Source: Selaginella moellendorffii (Eukaryota; Plantae; Lycopodiophyta). Taken from it: DNA of 7,688 nt. A model generated the notes under the pieces. That model was not told where the DNA came from, did no database searches, and saw only the letters and a list, made by a program, of their open reading frames with translations. The position numbers were made by a program, and so were the translations under genes. Shown here piece by piece: positions 7,249 through 7,688 of this stretch; the stretch's first letter is position 1; each line of letters begins with the position of its first letter. The DNA lies in contig NW_003314668.1 in the NCBI RefSeq assembly GCF_000143415.4, positions 1 to 7,688 of the forward strand. The letters are read 5' to 3'.

Positions 7249-7688
7249 GATATAGCATACCCAAGATCTTCTTTTCTAATTCTACAATGTTAAAAATTTT
7301 GATTATATACAAGTTCAAATGATATTATATCAATTGTTATAAGATATAATTTCTTTCTCTTGATATCAATTGTTTAAATGCAAAAGACTGGCATTCTGGC
7401 CATGCACAGCTCTACATGACTCAATGCCATACAACTCCAAACCATTGGGATGCCTTTGAAGGAAGACATCACTCGAGCTCTTCAGTCAACTTTGCTCCTG
7501 GTTTCAGCAAGACACAGGTGGCCTTGCATCCACAAACAATGAGCTCCTCCTGTACAAGTGCCTCTTTATGGGGCAAAACCGTCACAAAAAATGAATAAAA
7601 GCATTTCAACCCTTTTACCATGTGTTTTAATCTAGGCAGTCATTTGAAAGTGATCAAATAGTAACTGCCCAAGTCCTCCATGTGAGAA

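Noticed and set aside
6720-7318. Minus-strand ORFs of 121 and 144 aa as intact genes
   Set aside because: They run through intron-like pyrimidine tracts, and the longer one crosses the putative Helitron terminus; no family similarity recognised.

Overview
Eukaryotic (land-plant) genomic DNA with no intact protein-coding gene. The very short GT-AG introns (about 43-55 nt) suggest a compact genome such as a lycophyte (inference). The left part (1-4280) is AT-rich, decayed transposon sequence. It holds a degenerate Ty1/copia-like gag remnant (+, about 1180-1850) and three copies of a roughly 100-150 bp dispersed repeat that all start at CTGGGAGTGTCAT. The right part (4493-7250, after an N gap) is more GC-balanced and is a minus-strand mosaic of intron-containing, disabled gene fragments. 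One is the C-terminal P-loop region of a plant lipase class 3 family gene (At3g07400-like). It is fused directly to the middle of a HAD-superfamily phosphatase gene (At3g10970-like), which is cut off by a 37-bp x4 tandem array, followed by unidentified exon-like pieces. A canonical Helitron 3' end (GC-rich hairpin, CTAG, then T) lies on the minus strand at 7221-7248, and the same hairpin motif recurs at the boundary of the left-hand repeats. The best overall reading is a cluster or composite of same-orientation non-autonomous Helitrons carrying captured host gene fragments. Family assignments come from recalled motifs, not from database searches.
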